The notes under the pieces are model-generated. The model made no database searches. It saw only the letters and a program-made list of their open reading frames with translations, and was not told the origin of the DNA. 64,000 bases of DNA from Emiliania huxleyi CCMP1516 (taxonomy: Eukaryota), in assembly GCF_000372725.1 (NCBI RefSeq), contig NW_005202428.1, positions 62,001 through 126,000 of the forward strand. Direction: 5' to 3'. Position 1 is the stretch's first letter; each line of letters opens with the position of its first letter. This document shows positions 22,835 to 33,737 of this stretch, in pieces. Made by a program: the position numbers and the translations under genes.

Positions 22835-23986
22835 ATGGGCTGCGCCGGGTCGACTCTGCGGTCGGGCGCGTCATTTGAGGACAGCCGCCTCGCGGCGATT
22901 GAGGATAGTCGCTTCCATGAGGTGGGCCATCACGCCCAGTTTGAGGACAGCCGCCTCGCGGCGATTGAGGATAGTCGCTTCCATGAGGTGGGCCATCACG
23001 CCCAGTTTGACGAAGGCGGTCGCTTCAAGCAGCTGCCGCCCGCCAATGATGATGCCAAGCTGCTCGTTGCCGATCACCCCTCACTGGGCGTGATACGGCT
23101 CGACTACGACTACCCGCCCGCCCTCGGTGACGTTGACCACCCGGGCTCCTTCTACTACGACGTGTTCTATCGTGTCGTGCCCGGCCTGACCTTTGAGTTA
23201 TGCCAGAGTGGCGAGTTGCCTGACGACGTCAAGCAGCGTTTCATTGACGCCATCACGTGGCTCGACGAGCAGGGTGTGGCGGGCATCACAGGCGACTGCG
23301 GCTTCTTCATGTACTTTCAGGCCCTCGCACGGTCCGTCACCAGCAAGCCCGTCTTCATGTCGTCGCTCTGCCAGCTGCCCGCCGTTGTATGTGCCTACGC
23401 CGCCGACGAGCAGATCGCGCTCTTCACCGCCAACGGCGAGTCGCTCAAGCCCATGCGTGAGATCATCAAGAAGGAGTGCGGCGTGGACCCGGACGACACG
23501 CGCTTCGTCATCGTCGGCTGCGAGGACGTGCCTGGCTTCGAGGCAGTCGCGAATGGTGACCGCGTCGATGTCGACTCCGTCGTGCCGCACCTCGTCCGCC
23601 TGGCAGAGGACACCGTTGCCAAACACGCGGGCACGGCCAAGCCGATCCGCGCCATCCTGTTTGAGTGCACGGAGCTTCCGCCCTACTCGGACGCCGTGCG
23701 CGCGGCGACCCGGCTGCCCGTCTTCGATAGCATCACGTGCTGCAACTCCATGCTCGCGTCGCTCATGGACAACCCGCGCTTCGGTGTCAACAACTGGCAC
23801 CTCTCCTGGGACGGCGCGCACACCGCTCACCGCTTTGGCGACAACGTGCCGCCGCATCTGAAGGGCAAACTCGTCAACAGGGAGCACCCCGAGAACATCG
23901 CAAGGTGGAACGCGAGTCTCGCGGAGCGGTCGTCGTTTTCTAGCGCTCAGCAAGAAAGCATCGGGCGAGGATCGCGCAAGCTGTGA
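22835..23986 (+). CDS. Alma2: Alma-family dimethylsulfoniopropionate (DMSP) lyase, Asp/Glu racemase superfamily, 383 aa, Alma2-like
   Basis: Intronless ORF starting at CACCATGG. It has the Alma signature motifs SLGVIRLDYDYPPALGDVDHPGSFYYDVFYRVVPGLTF, GITGDCGFF, KPVFMSSL, AILFECTELPPYSDAVRAATRLPVFD and DNPRFG, with both racemase-type catalytic Cys motifs. The MGCAGST N-terminus matches my recollection of E. huxleyi Alma2. Confidence 0.93.
   Translation: MGCAGSTLRSGASFEDSRLAAIEDSRFHEVGHHAQFEDSRLAAIEDSRFHEVGHHAQFDEGGRFKQLPPANDDAKLLVADHPSLGVIRLDYDYPPALGDVDHPGSFYYDVFYRVVPGLTFELCQSGELPDDVKQRFIDAITWLDEQGVAGITGDCGFFMYFQALARSVTSKPVFMSSLCQLPAVVCAYAADEQIALFTANGESLKPMREIIKKECGVDPDDTRFVIVGCEDVPGFEAVANGDRVDVDSVVPHLVRLAEDTVAKHAGTAKPIRAILFECTELPPYSDAVRAATRLPVFDSITCCNSMLASLMDNPRFGVNNWHLSWDGAHTAHRFGDNVPPHLKGKLVNREHPENIARWNASLAERSSFSSAQQESIGRGSRKL
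22874..23010 (+). repeat. Perfect in-frame 66-bp tandem duplication in the Alma 5' coding region
   Basis: 22874-22939 is identical to 22940-23005, encoding FEDSRLAAIEDSRFHEVGHHAQ twice. Confidence 0.95.
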
Positions 23987-24349
23987 CCCGTGTCACTCTG
24001 TCTATCTGTCTCGGGTCAGTCATTGTCTCTGGTGCTGGGGGGGTCGGGACCCCCCCCCTAGCAGCAGAGCTCTGGTGCTGGGCGGGGTGCTGGCAAGTGG
24101 CAGCTCTCGCTCTGTGTACGGAGTTACCGACAGCTCTGGAGCGATTGTTTTTCGCCGGCTTGCGCCGCCCAAACGCCAAAGTCGTCGGCAAGGTGCTGCA
24201 TATACATGAAATGGCTCGAGGGCGAGCTGCATGGCTTCCACCACGTCACTGCCCGCCATTGCGGCGACGCGTCGCGGCGCGCCCGGCGGACCTGACGGTT
24301 TTGCCGGCGGGGCGACGGGCGGCGGCGGCGTGCGCGCGCGCCCGTGCGC

Positions 24350-24930
24350 GTTTTCGAAAAAGAACTCTTAAAACACAAGCCTCTCTCACAGCACACACTG
24401 GCACGACACAAGGGCGCAGACTGGCGCGGACTGGCACACACACCGGCTCACCACCGGAGCCGCCTAAGCGACTCCGTTAAGAACGGCAATGCACTCCGCA
24501 CCATGCACAATGCCGCTCTCCCCGCACGCTAGCTCGTTCACCGTCTGCCACGCCACAGCGGTGTGGAGGACGACAGACAGACGCTGCATCTGCAGGCCGT
24601 CGCTCGTTGGCGCCTCGCCGCCGCCCCCCCTCTCGCCGCCGCTCCGCTCGTGGCCGCCCCATCCCCTGTCAATCCCGCCGCCTCCCCTGTCAATCCCCCG
24701 CACCACCGCCGCCACCGCCTCGCGCGTTTAGCGGGGGGTCAAAACTCAAAAGGAGGACAGCCTATAAAGAAAAGAATTTAAACAAAACAACTCTAAAGAA
24801 AAGAATTTAAACAAAACAACTCTCTCTCACAGGACACAGGCTCGACACAGGTGCGAACTGGCGCGTGCTAGTACTATCACCGGCACACCACCGGAGCCGC
24901 CTAAGCGACTCCGTTAAGAACGGCAATGCA
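24350..24930 (+). repeat. Local direct duplication between Alma and the methyltransferase gene
   Basis: CACCACCGGAGCCGCCTAAGCGACTCCGTTAAGAACGGCAATGCA occurs at ~24449 and ~24886. TAAAGAAAAGAATTTAAACAAAACAACTC occurs in tandem at ~24765-24822. Confidence 0.85.
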
Positions 24931-25012
24931 ATTAAAAAGGCTGTGTGCTGCGCGGGGCCCGGCGAGCGACTAGCGAGCCAGCCTGCTAGTGTATGTGAAA
25001 TTCTCCTAGCCA

Positions 25013-26104
25013 ATGCACGATGGAGAGACGATGGAGAGTGACGGCGAGGCATGGTGGGAGCTCGACATGGACGAGGTGGGCCTCGGCACCGACGGCGTGC
25101 CGCTCCAGAGCCTCGAGGCGGCTGTGGTGCCGCCGCCGCGCTGGCCATTCAACCAGGCGAGTGGCTACGGCGCGCCGCTCGACTGCGCCGCGCGCTGCCG
25201 CGGTGGCGACCACGCGAGCGTGTGCGCGCTGCTCGCGCACTCGCCACGCCTGCTGGTGGCGCTCGGGCCGTGTGGACTGCTCAGCCTCGCGTCACGGCTG
25301 CTGCGGCAGTTGGTGGTGTACGATGTTCCCGGCATGCCGCTCGTGCGCGTCGGCGCCGCGCCGCGCCGAGTCGAGCGTGGTTCCGCGACGCGCTACTTTG
25401 GCGACGGCGGGTACGTGATGGTATCGCCGCGCGGCTGCGACGTGTGCTACTCGTACGGCGTCTCGCAGGAGGTGAGCTTCGACGCCGAGCTGGTGACGCA
25501 GCATGGGTTGAGGCTGGTGCGCCAATTCGATATGACGCTCGGCGGTGCCTACACGCCGCCGCTGCCGCAGTTTACCTTCTACGACGAGGGCCTCGGTGCG
25601 TCGCGCGACGCCGCGGCGCGCCTCGACACGCTCGAGAGCCACGTGCGCCGCTTCGGCGAGCTCGACGTGCGAAAGGTCCTGCAGTGCGACGTGGAGGGCG
25701 CAGAGTGGGAGGCGCTGTGGGCGTGCCCGGGCGCCGTGCTCGATTCATTCGATCACCTGGTCATCGAGTTTCACGGGCTGGATGAGCTGGCCTCCATGGG
25801 CTTCCACGCGGCGCTGCTCGAGAAGCTCAATGTTCACTTCGTCGTCGTGCACGTCCACGTCAACAACCACGGGCTCGACGTTGATGCTGACGCCGCCGCG
25901 CAAAAGTTCACCGAAGTGCTCGGCACGCTCGTGCCACGCACGCTCGAGGTGAGCTACCTCAGTCGCCGCCTCGTCCCCGATGCCGCGCGCGTTGCGAGGG
26001 CGGCCAAGGCGTTCCCGACGCCGCTTGACTATCCAAATGTGCACGCGCCGGACGTCATGCTCAACGTGTGGCCGTGGGCCCTCCCGGCCGCCGCCCAAAC
26101 GTGA
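25013..26104 (+). CDS. FkbM/Methyltransf_22-family SAM-dependent methyltransferase, intronless
   Basis: Motifs GDGGYVM, CYSYGVSQEVSFD, LQCDVEGAEWEAL, HLVIEFH, VHVHVNN, LEVSYL and PTPLDYPN. Confidence 0.82.
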   Translation: MHDGETMESDGEAWWELDMDEVGLGTDGVPLQSLEAAVVPPPRWPFNQASGYGAPLDCAARCRGGDHASVCALLAHSPRLLVALGPCGLLSLASRLLRQLVVYDVPGMPLVRVGAAPRRVERGSATRYFGDGGYVMVSPRGCDVCYSYGVSQEVSFDAELVTQHGLRLVRQFDMTLGGAYTPPLPQFTFYDEGLGASRDAAARLDTLESHVRRFGELDVRKVLQCDVEGAEWEALWACPGAVLDSFDHLVIEFHGLDELASMGFHAALLEKLNVHFVVVHVHVNNHGLDVDADAAAQKFTEVLGTLVPRTLEVSYLSRRLVPDAARVARAAKAFPTPLDYPNVHAPDVMLNVWPWALPAAAQT

Positions 26105-26349
26105 AAAGCGCACCACTAAACGCCCAAAGGCATTTCACGACTTGTCTGTGGTCTAGTGCCAGGTACGGCTCTAACCTAAAAGCACGCTACACACAATCAC
26201 ATCCGTGCTCTGTACGGCTTTTAGCCGGTAGACTCTACACATACAGTATACATCCGACCAATATCTAGACGTACGATTCAACACGCAAACGTGCCAAACA
26301 AAACGCGTGCACCTGCACGCCCTTTCGCTCACGCCCTTTCGCAAACGCG

Positions 26350-26380
<31 letters not shown>

Positions 26381-26383
<3 letters not shown>

Positions 26384-26518
26384 GCTCACCCACGCGCACC
26401 GGGCCTTGCACTTTGAATGCCGTGGGGCTCCTGTCGTCAGACGTGGAGACGCGAGGGTTGCCCCCCCTTGCCCCACCACCTCGTGTGTGTGGAGAAGTTT
26501 ACCTTACCTTACCTTACC
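26381..26518 (+). mobile_element. Dispersed repeat family B (SINE-like, (CCTTA)n tail); other copies at 36793-36927 and reverse-oriented 42655-42811
   Basis: Shared CCGCTCACCCACGCGCACYGGGCCWTGCACTTT...ATGCCGTG...CCTGTCGTC...ACGTGGAG...CGCGAGGG...TTGCCCC...CCACCT, followed in the 26381 and 36793 copies by TTACCTTACC. Confidence 0.8.
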
Positions 26519-26586
26519 AAACGGGGGGGGGGGCCAAACACGCACAAGGCATGTAACCTGTTTTGTGTACTAAGCATGCTTGCTGT

Positions 26587-27400
26587 TCAGCTCGTGCTCG
26601 GGTCGCTCGTCAGCTGGACGTCGCCAGCTGGAGTGCGCTTCGCCTCGCCGCCTTTGTCTGCGTAGTTGTTCAGGTATTGGTCCAGGAACTGGGCCTGCGA
26701 GGCCGTCATCCATGCAAAATAGGCCAGCCCAGATATTGTAGAGAGGACTGTGAACACGAGAACGACGTAAAGCTCCCTGTGGCCGAACAGGATGAACATG
26801 TACAGTGGAAACAACGCGAGCAAGAGGACCAGCGCGACGACGGTGAGGACCGCCGGGATGCCCTCGGCGGCGCCCACTGCGGCGGCCGGTCTCGATCTGG
26901 TGAGCTCTGGGTTTAAACGGGAAAGTGGGCTGGACGTCTGGGGGGGGGGGGGGGGTGCTTGCGAGCGGCAGCAGCGCACTCTTGTAAAGCAGATCGTCTA
27001 CGTACTGCATGGGGATGAGCGTGAGCGACGTCAAGTTCAAGATGAGGAGGACGGTGGCCACGAGGAGGGCCACCGAGGAGAGGGTCGCTGCGAGGAAGAA
27101 GATCGACCGAATGGTCTTTTCGCGCTGAAGTCACGGTCCGTCTCATCGAGATCAATCTCGGTAAAGACGCACCCAATCGAGATGCTCGCGATGAAGGCTG
27201 ACAGCACTGCTGTGTTTTGCCACTGGGACTCGAGGCGCCCATGGAGCTGTTCGTTGTCAACAGCAGCAAAGAGCTTGTGGATCGGCGAGATACGGGCGAG
27301 ATATCGCGCGAAGCGGGATTTTTTTGAGAGCGCCTTCGTTGTGAGCCGATGGGTGAAAGGGAAGACCCGCCCGAGGTCTGATGCTCACCCATTGAGGAAG
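26587..27400 (-). CDS. Small multi-pass membrane protein, spliced
   Basis: Exons encode LESQWQNTAVLSAFIASISIGCVF, VALLVATVLLILNLTSLTLIP and VLTVVALVLLLALFPLYMFILFG...VVLVFTVLSTISGLAYFAWM (about four TM helices). Confidence 0.55.
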
Positions 27401-30400
27401 TGAGTGAGGAACTGCTCGGCCCACCCCTGATCCTGCTGAACAAGCTCCTCTTGTAGCTCGATCGGTCACACCGCCATCACCGTCGGGGAGAGTGGGGACG
27501 ACACTGCTTCTGCAGCGTGCACCTCGATCCTGTACCGTGTTTGTTATGACCCCCCCCCAATGAACACACCAGTGAGGGAGGGCGAGACGATCGAGGGGTC
27601 CCGCCCGTAGAGAGAGAGAGAATTCTTGATACGAAACCACGACGACACACACCAGTCGACTCGCATCGGTTGCCTCCATGAACGGCGGAGCTATTCTCGC
27701 GCCCACACCACACCTGGCTCCAACGTGGACACGCCCATAGCTGGGGACACTACTAGGTCACGCATGGCATCACAGAAGTTTTATCTCTGGGCCCCGAAAG
27801 GCATCTCTAGCAGTGTCGTTACACATGCTCCCTCCCCTCCTGGGCGCATGTGCCTCACGTCTCGCCAGAGCATAAGCCCTTGGCGTGTGGCGAGACGAGT
27901 TTTTCGCCATCGCAGTGAGCAGCAAGCCGCCCGCCGCAAACAGCCGGAGGCATCGCCACGGCACTGGCTGCGCCGCGCTCCCGCACCCGTCGACGAAGCT
28001 CCCCCCGCGGAAGACCGCGCGTAGCGACGCCTTGACGATCGAGATGAGCGCGCTCGAGGCTCGCCCACCTACTGCCCCTGAGAGTTGGTTATGAGTGGGC
28101 TCGGCTCCCCCCCTTGGGATCGAAGCTTCCACGACCTCACACCCAACACCACAGGTGGGATCAGAGAGAGACTCCGCACCGGACACCGCCCGGGCACAGA
28201 CTCCCTACCCATCGGATCGCACAGGGCCCCCTCGGAGCAGCCCACACACAATCACGCATCGGCAGAATTAGTGCCTGAATCAGGCAGACAGCACAGACAA
28301 GGAGAGGAGAGAGAGGAGAGAGAGAGAGAGGAGAGGGGAGAGGGTGAGGGTGTGTGCACACGTGTGGAGAGGGAGGGTGTCTGTGGTGGGCTGTAGTCGT
28401 ACTACGTGGTTAAAACCACGCGCCCCTCAGGAGCTTAAGGTAGAGTGGAGCGTCCCAGACGCCTCGGTGCCTCCCACCGGGTGAGACCATCCGGATCTGC
28501 CTGCCGCGTCCTCCGTACGCAGCAGTCCCCGCGATGGCCCACGGTCCTCCGTCGCCAGGTCGAACCCCCTGCCTCCCGGTTGACCCCCCGGTCCCCGTAC
28601 TCCACCATGAAATAAACTCAAAGTCCACCACAGCCACCAGCCTCCACCTCCACCGTCGAGCCGCGATCGCTGCCGCCCGCGACGCCGCCCGCCGCGTCAG
28701 ATCGCCGCAACGCGCGCACCGAGTCGAGTCGGAGAGCCGCACCGCACCAGCAGCAGCATCTGCACCACCAGCAGCAGCAGCAGCAGCAGCACCACCACCA
28801 AAGAGAGAGGCGCACCTGCCCGACGCCGCCCGCCTCGTCAGATGCTTGCGACGCGCGCGTCGAGCCCAGTCTCAGAGCCGCGCCGCGCCAGCAGCAGCAT
28901 ATGCACAGCAGCAGCATCATCACCACCACCAGCAGCAACAGGGAGAGGCAGTGCAGGCGCAGAAGCGCTCGCAAAGCCGCGCGCAGCGCCGCGCACGCCA
29001 CGCTGCGGACTGTCGGACGAGCGCAGCGCATGTCGGCGGCGAGCCGCGTCGCCAGCCGTCTCGCGAGAGAGCCGCGCCGCCGCGTGCGCGCAGCAGCCGC
29101 CGCGGCAGAGGCGAGCCGCGGCGACGTCCGCACTAACGGATAACGGCCATTGGCGGTTTTGGGGAGGGTACCCATTCGTTGCTGGTAGCGAGTCGACGCT
29201 GCTTGACCTGCCAGCGTCGACTCGCCCTGTTCGCAGATCTCCTCTGCTGGCGCCATGTGCCTGTCGCCGGCGCTGCAGAGCGGCGAGGACATCGTCAGCC
29301 ACCAGCTCGAGCTGCAGTCGATCTTGCACGGTGTGCACCAGCGCTACGCCGGCCGCCAAGGGCGGTACAACAAGCACGACACGGCGCGGCTCCGCTACAT
29401 CAAAAACACCGCCTTCCCGGGCCTGCGCTTCGGCAAGATGGTGCCGGAGCGAGACATGGCGATGCTCAGCCCTCTCCCACCGTCGCGGATCGCCCGTCAC
29501 CTCGCCTCTCCGCAGGGTCATCTCTCGCGCCGTCTGCATCTCTCTGCCGGTCGCCAGCACCCGCCACCGACTGGCTGCACCGCCACTCGCGACGCGCCAC
29601 CCTCGCTCACCAGCCTGCATACGCGCTACTCCCGCCGTGCCTTTGCTGCCACATGGATCGCATGTCACTGCAAACGCGCCCGCAGCCGCGCCGTAAAGGT
29701 CTGCCTTGCTGGCTGACGATCTCACTCTCCCGCTCCTATTGCATCTGCCTCCCGCCTCCCAGCTCACATTTGACACTGCAGTAGGTGCTCCTGTCGACGC
29801 TGCCGCCGCTGCCACCGCTACTGTCACCGCTCGTTTGATAATCGACGCCACGCTTAGCGGCAGCGAGATCCGAGGTTGAGTCAACTTGCCTGGTGCGCTC
29901 TTGCGCGTGCCTTCAAGATCCACAAGTCAATTTGTACCAGAAATCCAAAGGTGGTGCAAAATGGATATCTCAAGATTGGCCTTTATTTCGCGCACCTGCT
30001 CTCCGCCGCCGCCGCTTACCTGCTGGCACGCCACCGCCCCGCGTCGCTAACTCAAGCCTCCCTGCTGCATCTTGCCACCCCTGCCACATGACTCGACCGC
30101 CGTCGCTGCTACCGCCCTCCCCGCCGCCCTCGAAGGCGCCACCAGCATTACGGCCGCCTTCATATCTCATTGATGCTGCCACCAACGCCACTTCCTCGAT
30201 TCTGTGCCGCTGCAGCGGCGAGGCGCCGTCGCCACGATCGCCGCCAGCGCTGCTGATAGCCTCGGAGCGTCGCCGTGGCCGCGTTCTGGTCTGCCCACGC
30301 TTCCCTAAAACGTCTAGGACGAGCTCAGAGGCTAAGGGCGCATCATGTGGGACCATCTAGCTCTACTGGGTCCGCGACGGTGGTCGGCGCACCCCCGTCT

Positions 30401-30628
30401 CGAACGTGTGTGCTCTCTGTCTGTCTGTCTGTTGTTTCGGCTAAGTCGTTTTGTACCGGATTTCAATGTTAGTGGCAAAACCGCGGAGCCGAAAATGGCG
30501 TTTAATTTCGCGCACCTGCTGTCCGCCGCCTGCGGCGGCGCTCCGCGCCGCTTGGGGCGCCTGCGGCGCCCCTGGGCGCGCTGCGCGCGCCTGTTTTGGG
30601 GGGGCTACCAGCACCGAAAAAGTGCCGG

Positions 30629-30664
<36 letters not shown>

Positions 30665-31734
30665 GCCCGTACCACGCGGATTCGACCCTATCCAGTTAGG
30701 TTAGGTAGAAAGGTGAAGAACAGCCAGGCTCGGACTGGAACGCCCACGAGTGCTCGGCAGAGGGGGCAACGGAAGCGGGCTCTGGCCAAGGCGGAGCAGC
30801 AATGGCGCTTCAGAGATCACGTGCGTCAGCAATTTGGCGTCATCTCCCACCTCGAGATATCTGGCTACCCTCTGTACCGCGATCATGACCCCATGTATGC
30901 CCACCGGCCCACCGGCCCCCGTGGGTTCTACCGGAGGTCCTCGCATTACGATCGCGCGCGTCTCAAGGCCCTAGGCCTAGACCGCCAATACACTTACGCC
31001 CCCCGCTTCCCCTCTGGCCTGCTCGAGTCTTTGCGCGCGAACCGCTCCTCTACCAAGGACGCGCCACCCACCGACGGCTCCCCCGAGGACACCTCCTCGG
31101 GTGATGACTCTTCCGACGACCCTCCGTCTGACGGGGACGACCATCTCGCAACTGCTCTTGCAGAGGAAGCCGCCAACCGTGCCCTCGAGCAGTCCCTCGA
31201 CAAACTCGCGTCTCAGCCCCGCCGGCCACAGCCGCGCCGCGAGCGGCCTGCTCGAGGGGACCCTGGCCACTGGGAGGGGATCATTGCCCACACGCTCTCG
31301 CATTTCCGCCAACGCCATCGCCCTGTCTCAGAGGCCACCGCCTCCGAGCTCCCCGCCGGCCCTTCTCTCGCGCGGCTGCCACCGCCACCGCGCGAGGCGA
31401 ATGCCTCCCAGCTCCTACCGGCCGCAACCGGCCCGCCCTCCCGCCGCCGCCGCACCCAGATGCTGAAGCCTCTCGGGTGGCCCAGGAGGCCCGCACCGCC
31501 TCGCGCTCCCCTGCAGCGCCCCGACCCCTCCCTGACCGCCCCCGAAAGCGAAGCCCGCGCCCTGCGCGGCCACCCAACCGATTCTGACTCCGACCCCAGG
31601 GCCTAGGCGGCCCGCCATGAAATCTAGCCGTGTGTGCTGGCGTCCGGGTCCCAGCGGGTTTTCACGTAACAAGTACACACACCAACGCGGTATGGGTGTC
31701 AAGCTAATAGATCATAAAAGCGTGTCGTGGCCGT

Positions 31735-32829
31735 TTGCCCCTCATCGCCATCTCGACGCCTACTCGAGTACACCGGGGGCCTGCTGGCGAAACTCGGCTC
31801 TCGGGGCAGAGCCGTGCAATGTCAGCGTCTACCTGCACTTCGCTGTCAGCAGCAGGCAGCAAGTGCGCGGCGAGCGGCGGCTACCGCCTCTCACCCACCA
31901 GCGGCACCCAGGGCGGCAGCTTCATCGACTGCTACACCGACTGCGCCGCCGCGGCGGCGTGCGAGGGCTTCAGCTACGGCGAGAGTGTGGGCAGCACGTC
32001 GTTCTGCGTCACATGCAACAGCAACGACGCAAGCGCTCTGGACGTGGACGCCAGGGTGACACACTACGCCATGTGCGACCCGCCGCCCGCGCCGCCGCCA
32101 CTGCCGCTGCCTCCACCGCCTGACGCAGAGGGCCGCATCATGCCTGCCTCGGTGCGCCAAGACCCTCATATTCACTTTGCGCACGGGGGGAAGGCTGATT
32201 TTCGGGGCCGCAACGGCGTCTTGTACAACTTCTTCTCCGCCCCATGGTTGGCCGTAAATGTCAAGACTGAGGATGCAACATTTCTGCTGCATGGTGGCAA
32301 GCTCACTGTCCACGGTAGTTTCATAACCGAAGCGCATATTGTCGTCCGCGCTAGATCCCCGACGAATGCCTCAATGTGGGCAACCGAGCTAAATGACGAC
32401 AACTGGGGATGGAAGGTCATCAACGGGTCGTGCAAGCGCCGTCACTTCCAATTTGGAAGGTGGGGGACCAAACAATGTGGCGAACTCAGGATTGAGATGA
32501 CGTTTTCCACCGCCACTTTCACTCTCGGGAACTGGTCTATCGTAGTGCAAGGTAACCGTGTCTATGACAGGATCTCGGGCCCAAAACACCGCCTGGATGT
32601 CAGTTTTAGTGGTAGGGGCGATGCCGCCGCGCGATCACTTCCGCATGGGATCATTGGGCAGTCATTCTCTTCTTTGACGCCACGGTATGGCCTCCTGGAC
32701 AAGTATCCCGACGCAGGCAATTTTACAACCGTGGCCATGGCTGAGGGTGCAATCGAGGGGGAGGCTGCTTTGTACGAGATGAGGTCCCCATATTCTACCC
32801 ACTTTGCCTTCTCACGCTTCGACGAGTAG
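31735..32829 (+). CDS. Cys-rich (PAN/apple-like) segment + Pro linker + 'DPH..AHGGKADFRG' vWD-like C-terminal domain
   Basis: DCYTDCAAAAACEGFSY...CVTC is followed by poly-Pro, then QDPHIHFAHGGKADFRGRNGVLYNFFS...HGSFITEAH...PHGIIGQSF...AMAEGAIEG. This architecture resembles an expanded haptophyte extracellular family. The start is uncertain. Confidence 0.65.
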   Translation: MPLIAISTPTRVHRGPAGETRLSGQSRAMSASTCTSLSAAGSKCAASGGYRLSPTSGTQGGSFIDCYTDCAAAAACEGFSYGESVGSTSFCVTCNSNDASALDVDARVTHYAMCDPPPAPPPLPLPPPPDAEGRIMPASVRQDPHIHFAHGGKADFRGRNGVLYNFFSAPWLAVNVKTEDATFLLHGGKLTVHGSFITEAHIVVRARSPTNASMWATELNDDNWGWKVINGSCKRRHFQFGRWGTKQCGELRIEMTFSTATFTLGNWSIVVQGNRVYDRISGPKHRLDVSFSGRGDAAARSLPHGIIGQSFSSLTPRYGLLDKYPDAGNFTTVAMAEGAIEGEAALYEMRSPYSTHFAFSRFDE

Positions 32830-33373
32830 GACGCTGCTACGCATTTGGCTTCTGCATCTGCCTTGCACGAGGGTCCACTGCAAGTGTCCTGGACCTAGCA
32901 TCGGCCTAGCACGTCTACCGGCACGCCGACGGCAGCAGGTGACAGGCTCCTTTACTCATATTGCCGGCGTCGGCGAGGGAGTCGCGTGGATGGCAGACAT
33001 GCGCGCAGCTTGCAGGCGACGGGAAGGCGGGCGCGCTCTCCGGTCCCAGCGTCCGCGTTCGCACGGCTCACTCACTCACTCAACATTCCCCTCGCTCCAC
33101 CGTGGCTGGCCTCGTGTCCGCGTCCGGGGCACCTTCGTGGGCGAGCTACTTTCTACTTCTTTTTTGGCTCCCGTGGTGCACCTGTGTATGCTGTGTTAGT
33201 GCCAGTGCGCGCCAGAGAGAGAGATTGTTAGCAATACCAAACACTTCGTGTCAGAGTTTTTGTTTTTTACTTTTGTCGCGCCGATCCCGTGCCTGTGGTG
33301 CGGTGAGACGGCGCCCGAAAATTCTTTTCCAGTGTACCTGTGTTAGTGCCAGTGCGCGCCAGTCCCGTGCCCA

Positions 33374-33737
33374 GACCCCGACTCGGACGACGGTGACGGC
33401 AAGCCCGACTACTTCGACCCCGACTCGGACAGCGACGGCAAGCCCGACTACCTCGACCCCGACTCGGACGGCGACGGCCTGCCTGACGCGCTGGATCCCG
33501 ACTCGGACGGCGACATCCCCAACTCGGTGGAGGGCTCCGTGGACGGCGTTTGCATCCCCGGCTACCTCGATCGACCCCGACTCGGACAGCGACGGCAAGC
33601 CCGACGCCGAGGAGGGCGCGGCCGACAGCGACAGCGACGGCATTCCCGACGCCAAGGAGTCCAACACCGCCGACACGGACGGCGACGGCCTGCCTGACGC
33701 GCTGGATCCCGACTCGGACGGAGACGGCATCCCCGGC
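33374..33737 (+). pseudogene. Fragment of a thrombospondin-type-3-like (DxDxDG) calcium-binding repeat protein
   Basis: About eight DPDSDxDGxPD repeats with a frameshift near 33570 (CTCGATCGACCCC). No evident start or upstream exon. Confidence 0.6.

Noticed and set aside
22835..23986. Annotation as a simple aspartate/glutamate racemase
   Set aside because: The Alma-specific motifs RLDYDYPPAxGD, YRVVPGLTF and DNPRFG indicate the DMSP lyase family.
22835..26104. Bacterial contamination or an operon (two intronless co-oriented genes)
   Set aside because: The stretch is contiguous with intron-containing genes and host repeats, has a 1-kb repeat-containing spacer, and shows host-like codon usage.
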